From Azolla caroliniana (Eukaryota; Plantae; Polypodiophyta): a DNA stretch of 64,000 bases. This document shows positions 24,865-37,591 of the stretch, piece after piece (the first letter of the stretch is position 1; every line of letters starts with the position of its first letter). The translations under genes and the position numbers were made by a program. Under the pieces are notes generated by a model. That model was not told the origin of the DNA. It was given only the letters and a program-made list of their open reading frames with translations, and made no database searches. The stretch is taken from NCBI GenBank assembly GCA_043228905.1, contig JBHGNT010000017.1:9610001-9674000 (forward strand), given 5' to 3'.

Positions 24865-25850
24865 GAATGTTGAGCCGAGTATTGCTGAAATTGGGATTTG
24901 CGAGGAGTCACATGGTATGAAGTGCCCGAATCCAAGAGCCAAGTGCTTGACTCTTCAGTCGTAAGTAGAATTTCTTATTCGACTGAGTGTTTGATGAACA
25001 GAATGTTCAAGTCGTTTGTCAATACTTTATCTTATCAACTGACGTAGTTGACCTCCTCATGGCGGTCACCCTTGTGATCTGCTCTTTGACCCTTTTCATT
25101 TCCAACTTTGAGGGCGCGTTTGTAGGCCTTGATATGTCCGGGTTTCTTGCAATAATTGCAGGTTTGATTGTCCCAGGACTTAATTCGGCTCCGCTGATTT
25201 GTCAGCGATCGGGTCGGTCGAACTTTGTACTACATAAGTGTCACTGGCTGAATCGTTTGCAAATGATTTTCTCCGAGTTGCTTCAGTTAGGATTGTGCTT
25301 GTGACTTCGGAGTATTTTACTGCTGCAGTCAATGCATTGCACACAATGGTGACGAAATTTTCCTAAGAAGGAGGGAGACTACTCAAGCAACACAACTCTC
25401 AATTCATCTTCGATTGTCGCCTGCTAGGCCGAAATCTAGGTGCTTAAACTTTCATACTCATTCAGGTGTGCCTAGGCCCTGGACCAAGTCGGATTCTTTC
25501 ATCCGAAGGATGGAGAGGTGCTGAATCAAATATATCTTTGTGGCGGTGACCTTCTTTTCGTAAGTGTCTGAGAGTGTCTTCCATAGTTGAAAGGCGGTAA
25601 ACACAATTGCACTGTGAAGTACATTGACTCTGACAAGTGCATCCGAATTATGGCACAGACAATTATGTCTAGCTTCAGCCACTCATTCGGCTTGTATCCT
25701 TCTAGAGCATCTTCAGTCTCGATTGGGTTAATTTGGCCCTTGACTATTAGATAGTATTGCATCTGCTCCTTCTAGAAGTTGAAGTTCGATCCATTGAACT
25801 TCCTTAGGCTCATTTTTTATGACCTGGATGTTGATGCCATCTTTGTCGGC
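24865..25850 (-). pseudogene. Ty1/copia gag-protease remnant (element I family)
   Basis: YLIVKGQINPIE, QLWKTLSDTYEKK, TWLLDSGTSYHVTP; similar to 57302-58260. Confidence 0.82.
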
Positions 25851-26061
25851 CTTGGGAGAATCTGTCTAGAGTTGGCTATGAACAGTTGTAGGGCGCATCC
25901 AACTAGCTCACCTGAATTCGTTCTAACTAGATTTGGCCATGAGTACATAGAGAGATAACATAGAGAGAAGGTGACTACATAAGCACCTTTTCCCCTTCTT
26001 TGTAATGTTGTTGGTTTTTTTTCCTTGTTAATACAATTTTCCTGCTTTTTTGTATACCTTG

Positions 26062-26065
<4 letters not shown>

Positions 26066-26127
<62 letters not shown>
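26066..26127. repeat. (TC)31 microsatellite directly 5' of LINE-2
   Basis: Read directly. Confidence 0.95.
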
Positions 26128-26130
<3 letters not shown>

Positions 26131-27200
26131 GCAACATGGTATGCCGTACGATTGGACTACAAATTGGATCAAACCTTTACATAAAGGTGGAGATGTAAAT
26201 AATGTTAACAACTATCGAACCATCATGGTTGGTTCATTAATGGCAAAACTATTTGGATGTATAATGGAATCAAAGATAAGTGTATGGGCTAAAAAAAATG
26301 GTAGGAGAGCTTTTGGACAAGTTGGCTTTCGAAAACACCATAGCACCATTGATCACCTTGTCAACCTTCGAGTATTAATGGAGGAAAGTCGCCTTAGAGG
26401 TAAAGGTTTATATTGTTGCTTTGTAGACTTCAAGAAAGCTTTTGATATGGTACCTCGTGAGAATTTTTGGAGGCGAATGGAAGAACTTGAGGTGCCAAGT
26501 GAATATATGCTTGCGATTTCTTGAATTTATGAGAATGTTATATGTTGTGTGCGTATGAGACATAAACTTTCAGATTTTTTCAAGAGCACTATTGGTGTTA
26601 AGCAAGGATGCCCACTCTCACCAACACTATTTGGTCTATGCATTGATGATTTGGATGAAATGGTTACCAAGTTTGCAAAGGAAGAATGTGTTAACGAAGT
26701 TTCCATTGGGAATGTTGTGATTATGCTTTTCCTATATGCAGATGATGCAGTGGTTTTTGCAAATACTTTAGGAGATGCACAAAAGCTTATGAAGGCATTG
26801 GAAAACATTTGCATGCATACTAAATTAAGTGTCAATCGCTCTAAAACAAAGATTATGCTTGTGAAGAGCCAAAAAAGAGATAAACCATGCATTACGTACA
26901 ACAATGAGCCACTTGAATGTGTGGAAAGCTTCAAATATCTTGGCCTTGAAGTTCCTTCAAATCATAGATGGAATGAATGTGCTACATGCCACTTAGAGGC
27001 GGGTAAGCAAGCATACTATGCATTTGAGGACACGTGCAATCTTGGAGATATTAACTGTTGGGTCCTCAAGAAATATCTTTTTGACACTTTGGTGACACCG
27101 GTTCTTCTCTATGGGGTGGAAACATGGGGCGGTAGAAACAAATGCCCTACACCCTCCTCCTTGAGACGGGATCGCTTCCGATTGAGATCATGGTCCCATG
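26128..27200 (+). mobile_element. LINE-2 segment 1 (same family as LINE-1); continues at 49082-49375, 54652-54806 (inverted) and 55379-55704
   Basis: RT YADD; colinear with LINE-1; segments rejoin through TSDs CCATG (element F) and TGTTG (element H); ends in a (TC)-rich tail 55672-55704. Confidence 0.88.
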
Positions 27201-27638
27201 TGTTACTCGTTCCTTTGGGTGAACACCTTCGATAGATCTGCGGCTATCGGTATTCAAGGGCGTGGTACGTGAAGGCTCGTAACAGAGGCGTCGAGGGAGA
27301 GACAGTGCTCAGAGAGAAAACACTAACGAGATCTGGATAGGTGTGGGCGGCGCTCAAATCATAGGTATGAATCAAAGCACAGACACATGGAGCAAACTGG
27401 GCACAATTCAGATATATTACTGCGACAGAAGAGATTACAGAACACGGCCTACGGCCGGTGACCTTACAAGATTAGCTAGTTACGAGGGACTCAGCTAGTG
27501 CTTCCGCCAATATTTTTCTTCTCCCCCCCACTCTGAGGTACTGGTCCTCGTTTAAATAACTTTTCCCCCTAATACACAGCCGAGCCATCGGTGGCCCGTG
27601 ATACTCGGACTCGGCGTTTGCTAATTTCCTAATTTTAC

Positions 27639-27725
27639 TGGCACGCCCGTGGGACAGGACCTTGTCCGTCGGACCCACGACTTACAAAATACTAACAATA
27701 TTACAAAAATTGCCTTTTAGGCGTG
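27639..27725 (-). ncRNA. Putative tRNA-like structure ending in CCA next to the 3' LTR of element F
   Basis: CACGCCT/GGGCGTG 7-bp stem stacked on GTGGG/CCCAC 5-bp stem, then CCA; folded by eye only. Confidence 0.45.
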
Positions 27726-27734
27726 ATCCTCGTT

Positions 27735-30700
27735 TCATTCCTCTTTTAAGATGTCGAAGATGTTTTCGGGGTCCGGGGTGGTGGCAGGGTGGTCTGGTTG
27801 GACTGTCGGTGCGGGGGGTTGAGTTTGGTCCGGGGGTGTCATATCTTCTCGGGCGTCTGCCTCAGGTGCGGCCGATTCTTCTGGTAGGGGTGTGGGTTCG
27901 AGGGCGCTGATCTCTACTTCGACTGGATCTGGTACCGTGTGGGCGTCCGTGGGATGTCTGTTGGCCGAGGCAAGTTCCTCCTGTGCCGTGTCCGTGATCT
28001 CCTTGCTCAAAGGTTCTTCCTTCTACTCTGTGGCTGCTGGAGGGCTGGTTGGGATGGCTGCAAGTCGTTCTCATTCGAAGGCTTCTGCTTCCAGGCGAAA
28101 CAGCATCTGATCGTCATTGAAGTCTCGATTGCTGCGGTGTGAGATTTTGCCAAGGACTGGTAATCCTCGGTTAAATCTGCACGCAGGTTTTGTATGCTGG
28201 CTTCCTCCATTTTGTAGAAGTCGCGGCCCTCCTTCCGTCGGTTCTCGGCGTCGGCGCGTAAAATATGCAATTCGGCAGCTTGGGCTGCCCATTCATCTCC
28301 TGCGCGACTTAATGTTTCCTCGACCTTTTTGGTAAGGTGTTGGCACTGTTTCTCGATCAGTATTCTGATGCGTGTCTCATCCATGCCGGGTTGTGCTCGG
28401 ATGGCTGCTAATTCCTGTTTTAAGCCGTCCACCTCGGCCTGAAGCTTTTGTGCTCGTAGTTCATAGATGGCTTGAGTGTTCTTTGCATCCGCGGTTACGA
28501 GCTGGATAGCCTGCTCGTAACGCTTGGTGAGTTCTTTGGTGGCTTGCTCCCGTTCTTTTTGACACGTGGCCCAGACTTGTTCCCGTTCGATGATTCTCTC
28601 TTCTTGTAGGGCGAAGTAGGAATCCGATAATTCGTCTTTTTGCTCCGAAAGTAGCTTGCATTTGATGAAAAACTCGTCAGCCATTTCTTCAAGGGTCGTA
28701 CGCTGACTCTGCAGCTCGGCATTCTCCGCGATCATTCTCTCCTCCCGTTGGCGATTTCTTTCCTCCTGCCGATGGTTCCAGTCTTTCGCATTGTCGAGCG
28801 CGGCCTGTAGGTCTAGAACCTCCTTCTCTTTCTTTGCCACTGTGGCTGCGTATTCCTCCAGCTTGCTTTTGAGTTCGGCTTCTTTGCCCGCGGCTTGCGC
28901 TTGTACCCGGCCCAGTGCTTCGTTCTACTCGTGTATCCTTTGGTCGGCCTAGGCTGTAATGTCGGCCATCTGCTTGGAAGCTTCTTCTTTTAGGCGAGCC
29001 ATCGCCTCTTGATGCCGTTGTTCATGTCTCTCGATTCGCCGTTGTTCTTCTTTAAGCTCCGCGCGGTAATACCGGAGCGGGGGTTCTGTCTGGGTTGCCA
29101 CCTCCTTGGGTGCACGAGGGGGTGGTATCTCGGTCTTCTCCATGGGCGTGGCCGCCTCGGTTGTTGTGCAGGCATCGACCATTTGTAACGAGTATGTTTG
29201 TGTACTCGCCTGCATCGTCAGGATTGAATCTGTGACGGTGCTTTCATCCATCATTGTTATGCGTGGAGGGGTTGGGAGGGCCTCCGTGGTCGTGGCCGGA
29301 AGGCTCAAGAGTTGTTATTCCGGCCGGTTTTGCTCCCAGGCTGCCAGCTTCTGTTTCGCAGCGTGTCATAATTCTGTAGCCATCTTAGCTTGTTTTTGGG
29401 CTATTTTTATCTTTCGGGCCATGTCTTTGGCTGCCCGCGTAGTGCGATCCAGGTCCCTATATGCCTCGATAAGGGCCGTGTTCAACTCGGGGACCTCCAT
29501 GAGGAGAGCGGCCTGTTTTGCCTGCTTCTTTCTCCCGATTTTTTGTAAAGCCATGTCCTCCTGGGGCTCAATTTCACCTATTAGCGCGCGTTGAATCATT
29601 TTTGTTTCGGTGTGCTCTTCCGCCATTCGAGCGGCTGCCGCGACTTGGGCTCTGGCGAGGAAGTCGACCAGCTCGAATGTCGTACCGAGGCGTAGGAGCG
29701 CACTAAATTCGTAAGCCTCCGCGGGGAGGTCCTTATACCCGAGGACTTCATCCTCCGAGATTTGCGTTGTCTGCCCATGCTCGATCTTTCCCTGGTTCAA
29801 CGATGCCTCCTCAGGGATGATGGCCAGGTTGCTCTGTCTGACAACTAAGCCTTGCTCCTGTTGTGGCTCTTTCTGTTCTTCCGAGGACTCGCGGTTGAGT
29901 CGTCTTCTCTTGCTCGGCTGTGTTTGGGGTTCCGGGGCCGATAGTGTCGTTTCCTCCGCTTGCTTCCTTTTCTGGGGTCGTGGTGGTGCAGCCTGCTGTG
30001 TGTTGGGGCGTGGGCTAGGCCCTGGGGAAGTTACCGAGGGGCGCGACGTTGGCTGTCGAATGGTGACATCCTCGGCCGTGTTATCTTCCGCGGCTACCTC
30101 CTCCTCCCATTCTTGGCAGGTCTCGAAAACTGCCCTTTTTTGTTGGGGTTGAGTGGGTGGTGGTGCAGATGCGGGGTTTTGGTCAGCGGCAGGAGGTGGA
30201 GGCGATGTGGGCTCCTCCCATGCTTCGTGGTTGATGGCAACGAATTTCTCTTTCTGCCTTCGTGGTGGTGGTGGGGACGTGAGTGTGCGAGGGGAAGGAA
30301 GAGAAGAGGGTGGGTATAGAACCATCAAAAAGTGGGTAAGAACAGACAACATCTTCTTACCGGACTGAAATGAAGCTAAGGTGGCGCGAAGTCCTTCACC
30401 TGTGATGATTCCCCAATCGATTTTATTTCCTTCATACGCGCTAATGATGATGGTTGCCTTGTTCTGCGGCATGCTCGTTGGGTTCGTATGCACGAACGCA
30501 TACTCCATTAATATACGAGCAATCTCCCCGAAAGCTCTGTTGGGACCGCCATACGTGCGATATGCCTTCCCTGAGGCTGAGTACTCACCGAAATACGCTT
30601 TCATCTTTGATGCCGGGGGTATGTCGACCTCATGGTCCCCTCCCTGTTGCAGATCCAAAACAGCCTGAAGCACATTGTTGGTGATGGCTTCGGGACTTAT

Positions 30701-30817
30701 ACGTTTAGCCACACCTTGGGCATCTGGGTGCGCGGGGGCATCGATGATCTTCAGGTAACCGCCCATTCCTCGTTCCTAGAGCCAGGCGCGGGTTTCTGTT
30801 GAAGCGGTAAGAGGCAT
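27735..30817 (-). pseudogene. Extra ~1000-codon ORF of element F (Pro-rich linker, long coiled coil), function unknown
   Basis: ORFs 30776-31129, 29366-30766, 28949-29308 and 28007-28840 share one frame; one frameshift near 28130 leads to the stop at 27735. Confidence 0.75.
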
Positions 30818-31379
30818 GGTGGAGATGGAGACGGGGTTCAACTGTGTGGAAGCGTGAAGAAGAGTGATGCGGCGAGGGCGAGACAGAGAAGGATCAACAG
30901 GAATGGGAAGTTCAGCAGAGGGGTTATGAGAGCGAAAGAGGGCTTGAGAGCAAGAGCGTTTAGCGCGATGAGAGCGAGACGGGGTTTCTGAGCTTGAGAG
31001 CGATGGAGATTGGGAGCAATAATGAACTTCTGTGTCTGTGCTGCTGCGTTTTGGAAACGGTTTTAGTAACTTACTCCTAGGGTTTTGTGCCTGAAGCGAA
31101 TCCTGAAGATTCTGAGTCGTGGGTGCCATAATAACTGACTAGCACCACGTGTCCTGAAGGTGAGTGGGGTGCTTCTAGTGCTTTGCATGTGCTTAAATAG
31201 GTACTAAAAGAGTGGTGGCGAGGGGTGCCCCTAAATTTGTGGGTGCCTAGGTGGGTGGTGTAGGTGTAGCTAATCGGTGGCTAAACTATGGTTAATCCTA
31301 CCTACTACTACTTTTATTAATTTCAAGAAGGTGGGCGAGTCCTTATTCAGGGGGACACGTGGCCTCCTCCGTGGTGGTC

Positions 31380-34300
31380 TCCCGAAACTCGTTTGTGCCG
31401 TGTGGCTCGATAAACGGGTTGGGTGGTGTAGTGCCTCAATATGGTCGAAGTCGGAAACCATTGGCCCAGCTTTTGACAGTGTCGCCGGCGAGTGTGCCGA
31501 GCTGGAACGTCCCGTTGAACTCGTCGATAATCCAAAATGGACCGGTCCACCGAAATCTTAATTTTCCCGGCATTGACCCGAGTCGTGTTTGAAAAAGAAG
31601 AACTGGTTTGCCGATGGTGAGCTCCTTTTCCAGCCCATGTCGATGATCCCCGAGAGCCTTGCGTTGTCGTTGACGTTGTTCGAGCTGGGCCATACTCTCT
31701 ATCCTATCTTTGCCGAGTTCGAGGAGTTGTTCCAGCCGGTATTGCTCGGATTGGGCCTCGGGGAGCCGTGCTTTGATTTGAACTCGGAGGCTCGAGACTT
31801 GGAACTCGACGGGCATTACGGCTTCTAACCCAAACGCTATTCGAAAGGGGGTTGATTGGATGCTTGTTTTGAAAGTCGTACGATACGCCCACAGCACGCT
31901 CTGGAGTTTGTCATCCCAATCGGTCCTGTTTTCATTGACGATCTTCTTCAGTATGGTTTGGAGGATTTTATTGGTCGATTCCGCCAAGCCGTTCGCCTAC
32001 GGGTAGTATGGTGTGCTTTTCTTGTGCACCACCGCGTAGTGGTGTGTAAGCTCACGTATTATATGATTGATGAAGTGCCCACCTTGATCACTAACGAGCT
32101 CGATTGGGCATCCGTAACAGCACCAGAGGTGCTCGTATACGAATTTAGCCGTGGATGCCGCCGTGTTATCTCGGAGTGCCTTAGCCTCGACCCATTTGGT
32201 GCAGTAATCCGTGGCAACAATAATATACCTATTCCCTATTCGGGCTGCGGGTGGTTTGAAAGGGCCTACAAAATCCAAACCCCATTTTTGAAATGGGTCC
32301 AACGGAAGAATCGGCTGGTGTGGCATCCGTGACTGTTCCATTGGTTGCCCCAGTCGTTGGCACAAATCGCACTGCCGGCAAAACTCGTGAGCGTCTTTCT
32401 TCGTTGTCGGCCACCACAATCCACTTTGCCAAACTTTCCTTGCCGTGGAATCCCCGGCGTAGTGCCCCCCAGCTACTCCCTGGTGGGCTTCCTGAAGAAC
32501 GGCGTTCTTCTCGAATTGCCGAATCGATCGGCGCCATATGCTGTCCGAGCCTTTGTGGTAGAGAATGTCCGAGACGAGGCAAAAATTCCGGCTACACACT
32601 GCTAGGCGTTTTCTCGTGTCAAGGGTCATGTGCTCGAGAGGTACACCGGTAGTGAGAAAATGGGTCATCTCCGTGATCCATTCATCTCCGTTATCGTCTG
32701 GTATCGTGGTCAGGTTAAATAGGCTGGCGTCCGGTAGCTCGTCGTACGTTGTTTTCGTTGGTTCCCCTGACTCAAGACGGCTCAAGTAGTCGGCGACGGC
32801 ATGTTGTACCCCGGGTCGATGCTGAATCTGGAAATCAAACTCTTGTAGTAGGAGCATCCACCGAGCCAACCGTCCGGTGAGGGCTTGTTTATTGACCAAA
32901 TAAAGAAGGGCCGAGTGATCCACGTGAAAGGTAAATTTTCGGCCCAAGAGGTAATGCCGAAATTTATTGATGCTATAAATCATACCGAGGGCCTCCCGCT
33001 CGGTGGTGGAGTAATTCTTTTCCGCGGTCGAGAGCCATCGGCTAGCGTAGTACACGGGCCTATACCAATTCGGGGGTGTGCATTGCATCAGGGCACTTCC
33101 GATGGCGATGTCTGAAGCATCTACGAAGACATGAAACGGAGACTGGACCACCGGGGCATGTGACAGCATTCGTTTCAGGGTTTGATAGGCCGTGTCCTCA
33201 ATTGACGTCCATTGGAAGGGACGGCGATGGACTACCGTGTGTAAAGGTGTCGCGAAATCGGCCAGGTGCCGTATCATTCGGCTGTGCCACCGGATCTGTC
33301 CCAAAAAACGGCTTAGTGCCTTAGCGTTCGAGGGTGTGGTGGCGGTCAGGATTGCCTTTACTTTATCCGAGTCCATAGCGATGCCTTCTTGACTGACAAT
33401 ATGGCCGAGAAGGTTGCCACTGGTGACTAAGAACGCGCATTTCGCCGGGTTTAAGCTCAATCGAGCTTGGCGACATCGGTCCATGCAGAGTCGTAACTGG
33501 GTCATGTGTTCCCGTCGATGGCCATACACGGCGAAATCGTCGAGAAAGACTTGCATGAACGCCGGGATGTAGTCATGAAAGATTTCGGTGATGATGCGTT
33601 GGAACGTAGCCGACGCCGTTTTTAGACCGAACATCATTACTTCTGCTACAAAAACACCCCATTCCGTGACGAAAGCGGTTTTTTCCTGATCCTCCAGGTG
33701 CATTCTTATCTGGTTATAGCTGCTGAACCCGTCGAGGAAACTGTAGCATTCGTGGCCGGCTACCGTGTCGAGGACACTATCCATGAATGGAAGAGGGAAA
33801 CCGTCGGTGACTGTTGCCGCGTTAAGTTTCCGATAGTCGATGCAGACGCGGATTTTTCCATTCTTCTTTGGGACCACTACGATCGGGCTCAACCACGTGG
33901 CCCGTTTAACAGGGCGAATGAAGCCCACTCGGAGTAGTTTGTCGATTTCCTCTTTGACTTTAGCGGCGTAGTTGGGGTTCATCCTGTAGCGCCTCTGTTG
34001 AACCGGCCGAGTGTCGGGTAAGATGTGAATTTGATGTTGGTAGTATTGAGGATCCAGCCCCTTCATATCGGTGTAGGACCAAGCGAAAACATCCTGGTAG
34101 TCGGTGAGCAATTTTACGAGGCATGCCCGTTCTACGGTTGGTAGATTATTGGCAATTTGTAATGTACGGGGATTCTCGTCTGAACCGAGGTTCATTGTTT
34201 CCAGGGTTGATGCTTTCACTCGTTGTCAAATGGCGAGTTCGCGTTCGAAAGCCTCCCGAGCATGACGTAGCTCAGCAACTGTGGTTGGATCGGGTTCATC

Positions 34301-36720
34301 CTGGGGTGGTGACTCCTCCGTGACTTCCTCGTTTTTAGATGGCTCGATGGTTGGTAAGGCATTGATTTCGAAGAGAGGGATGATCGTGGGATGATCATCT
34401 AGGAAGTCATTGACCTCCTCATTGGCCAAACCGTCAAGCATATGGACCCCTTCCGCATATAATGGCGAAGTGTTGAGGGTGACGGGGACTCGTTCTTCAG
34501 TGATGATTCGGACTTTTGTCTTTCCTCTTCGGAACGAGATCATGTTGCGTTGCCAATGTTGCCTGATATTCGTTGTACGCAACCATGGTCGACCTAGTAA
34601 CATTGGGTAGGCACCTTGTGTCTCCAGTCTTAGCACGACGGCCGAGATCGTGAACATGTGGCCTCTGAGTGTGAAGTCGAGATGGCGGATTAAACCAATG
34701 GGGCGAACGGAGCGGGTGTCGGCCATCCGAAGCCAAAAGGGGCATGGTTCCCATTGATTCAGGCCGAGGTTGAGACACATTGACTCGCTAATAACGTTTA
34801 CGCCGGAGCCGCCGTCGATGATGCATCCATGTAGGTCTTGTCCCTTAATGATGATTCGCACGGCTGGGTTCTGAGAATCCATGAGTGGTGGACCGGTTCC
34901 TGCTTCGGTGAGGTGTATCGGTGGCGTCACGGGCTTAGTATTGGCCTGGAGTGCCGCCAGGGTGTCCCGAAATCTCGGCATGAGTGGTAACAGTTTATGT
35001 AGGGGCAGCGAGATGCGGGAGTTGGTAAGAACATCCCATAGTTGGTCGTCCTCCGACGACGTGGATGGTGCCGAGGTTTGTGGTACTTCACTGGGCCCGT
35101 CTCTCATGTCAATTTGTATGCGTACGGCATTATTTTTATTGGCCGTGTCGATCCATTCTTTTGCTGCCTGACGGACTTCATCCTGGATTTGCCACTGAGT
35201 AATCTGCGCTTTACTCCGGGTAGTGACCGTTTGAACATCGGCCATAATACTATTCACCGCGGGTGCCTTGCCACGGTTGGTTGTTGGACATTGTGTGGCG
35301 TAGTGGCCTGGTTGGTTACATTTAAAACATGTAACGTTGGCTGAGCTGCTAGTGTCCGCCCGGTCTGTGTGTGGAAGCTGTTGTTGTTGATTCTCCGTCT
35401 CGTTTGGTGGTGGGTTGTTCCGAGGTGCGTTGGAGTTGCGCTGGTCATTTTGAGGAGCGTCCTGTCGGCGGTTGTCGTTAGGTCTTCTATTGTTGCGTGT
35501 GTTGCGGTTGCCGTTTCGCCGATCAATGCGTGAGTTCCGTCGGTCATACCGGTCATCGCGATTGTCATCATATCGAGCATAATCGTCGTGCCGGTCATCG
35601 CGATAATGATCACGGCGGTCATCACGTCAGTAGTCGTCGTCTCGGCGCCGTCGATCCGGGGATCGCGGTCGGTCGTTATCCTGGTCTCGGTAGACATATC
35701 GCTCGTCCTACCGAGAGTATGTATTTCGTGGCTCGATCTGGCGGACCGGTGCCACCGTTGTGCGGTTCAGCATATTATATTCGCACTGCTCGACAGTGTG
35801 AGCTCGAGACTGGCAGATCGGACACTGTGGTCGGTGGGGACATTCGAGGGCCAAGTGCCCTGATCCTGAACACGTCGTGCATTGGAGGGCCTGGCGAAAG
35901 CGATTGTCCTCTTGGGGAAGAGCGTTTTGCAAGGATGTCATCGAGAAGGCCGCGCCGTGCTGGGTCTGATCGAGGGCGAGAACCCGCGCTATGACTTGTT
36001 CGATAGTATGGTTGGCGAAATTTGTAAGTGTGAGAGTCGTTCGGAGAGGCTCTTGTAAACTAGATAGGAAAGTGTCTGGTATATGTTGTGCTGAGACATC
36101 ACCGGCCACTTGTCGGTAGAGATCCTGGAACCGGATCGTGAACTGCGCGACCGTTTCATGCGGTTCCTGGCATATAGAGAAGAATTGTCGGAGCAGTTCC
36201 CGTTTAGGCACCTCGCCATGAAAAAGTTCAAGGAACTTTGTGCGCACGATTTGAAAAGTGGTGGCCTCTCCTATTTCGAGGCGAGAGTACCATCGTGCGG
36301 CCAGTCCATCGAGAGAGAGTGTGAACTCGGCAATCTTTGAGGCATCGATCTCGGCTGGCGTGAGGCAGTGCGTTGAGTGGTTGGCCTGCCACGTGGATAT
36401 GAAGGCACGGATGTGTGACTCCGCATCTGGTCCGTCGGTGTATCGTGGGTATGGGTACGGCATGATGTCGTACTCTGGGTCTTCTTGTAGCACCGGAAAA
36501 GGGTTTAGTTCCGGTTGATTGACCTCCGGAGGGCTCGACGGGGGTTTTGGTGGTGAATCAACTCGCGATCGAGTGTCCGGTGGCGAGGATTGCACTAGGG
36601 AAGCCTCTGATTTCTCGGGAAAGGATTGGTCAGTGACCACCGAGTCGGAAGTTCCTTCGACTGGCTCAGGGCATCGGGCGGGTGGCCGAGACCTCGTGGT
36701 GCGAGAGGGCGCCGTAACGG
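31380..36720 (-). pseudogene. gag-pol: gag-pol of element F (gag, CCHC knuckles, protease, RT, RNase H, integrase)
   Basis: CTTCSGSGHLALEC; CIIDGGSGVN; FLDGFSSYNQI, VFLDDFAVY; FVDASD; WGLDFVGP; LRFRWTGPF; a few nonsense codons and frameshifts. Confidence 0.92.
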
Positions 36721-36957
36721 TGTCGTAGTGTAGGTTGCACACTATGTGGAAATTATATTTTTGTCCCTCCGGATAGAGAATGGAGTGCTCGGTGAGAACC
36801 GGAAGAAAACGGCATACCGGCAAGGAGGAAAACGGCATACCGGCAAGGAGGAAAAACGGCATACCGGCAAGGAGGAAAACGGCATACCGGCAAGGAAGAG
36901 CCGGATAAAGAGACATAAATGTAAAAAGAAAGGAAATACTCACTACTGCGCAGGGCG

Positions 36958-37011
36958 TGATTCGAACTCTGCACCTCCACGTTGACAAACCCCAACCTTA
37001 CCATTACATTA
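36958..37011 (-). promoter_or_regulatory. tRNA-type Pol III A/B boxes in LTR G (also 47957-48010)
   Basis: TAATGTAATGG..AGTTCGAATCA, 43 nt. Confidence 0.62.
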
Positions 37012-37557
37012 AATTATCTTAAGTGTTTTAAATATAGATTTAATATGTATAAGACCTTTATTTATGCATACCTTTATTAAAAGGTAAATCGTGTATTTCT
37101 TTAATATATGAAAAAGAAAAAACACGAGACACTAAAAATAACTCATGCACATCTAGCGTGCATGAGCCCTATACTTAGGAAATAAAATAAAAAAAAGCAT
37201 CACATGCACATTTAGTGTGCATGAACATATGAGAAAAAGCATGTAGCTATGCTTAGTCTCTCCCATCACTATATAAGGATGGGGAGCACATTGTAGTTGT
37301 TGTTGATTATTTGGATTAAGTATTAATTAATACAAAAATTATTCGTGGGATTCACGATTTATACGTCTACTTCTCTCTTAACACCCTAAGTACCAATTAA
37401 TATAGTATACTCGTGTGATTCACGAGTTTCTTATCTTTCTCTTTGCTATTTACTCATAATTAATCTCTATCTCACGAACTTCTTTCTCCTAGTCCAAGAC
37501 CTCTGTGGTTCCCACCCGACTCACGCAACGATCCGGAGCCGAAAGGCACGACACAGT

Positions 37558-37575
37558 TGGTGAACCCGACGTGAA
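37558..37575 (+). promoter_or_regulatory. Primer binding site complementary to the 3' end of plant cytosolic tRNA-Trp
   Basis: TGGTGAACCCGACGTGAA is the reverse complement of TTCACGTCGGGTTCA-CCA; identical in element E. Confidence 0.8.
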
Positions 37576-37591
37576 GACGGGTGGCAAGGAG

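Noticed and set aside
27735-30817. env gene
   Set aside because: No signal peptide or transmembrane segment visible
36805-36900. 23-24 bp direct repeats as a CRISPR array
   Set aside because: Head-to-tail with no unique spacers, inside an LTR, and no cas genes
35708-36988. 426-aa ORF with a hydrophobic repeated N-terminus as a novel membrane protein
   Set aside because: The N-terminus is antisense read-through of the G LTR repeats fused to F gag at the insertion site; same for 46707-47987 and the tail of 43242-45218
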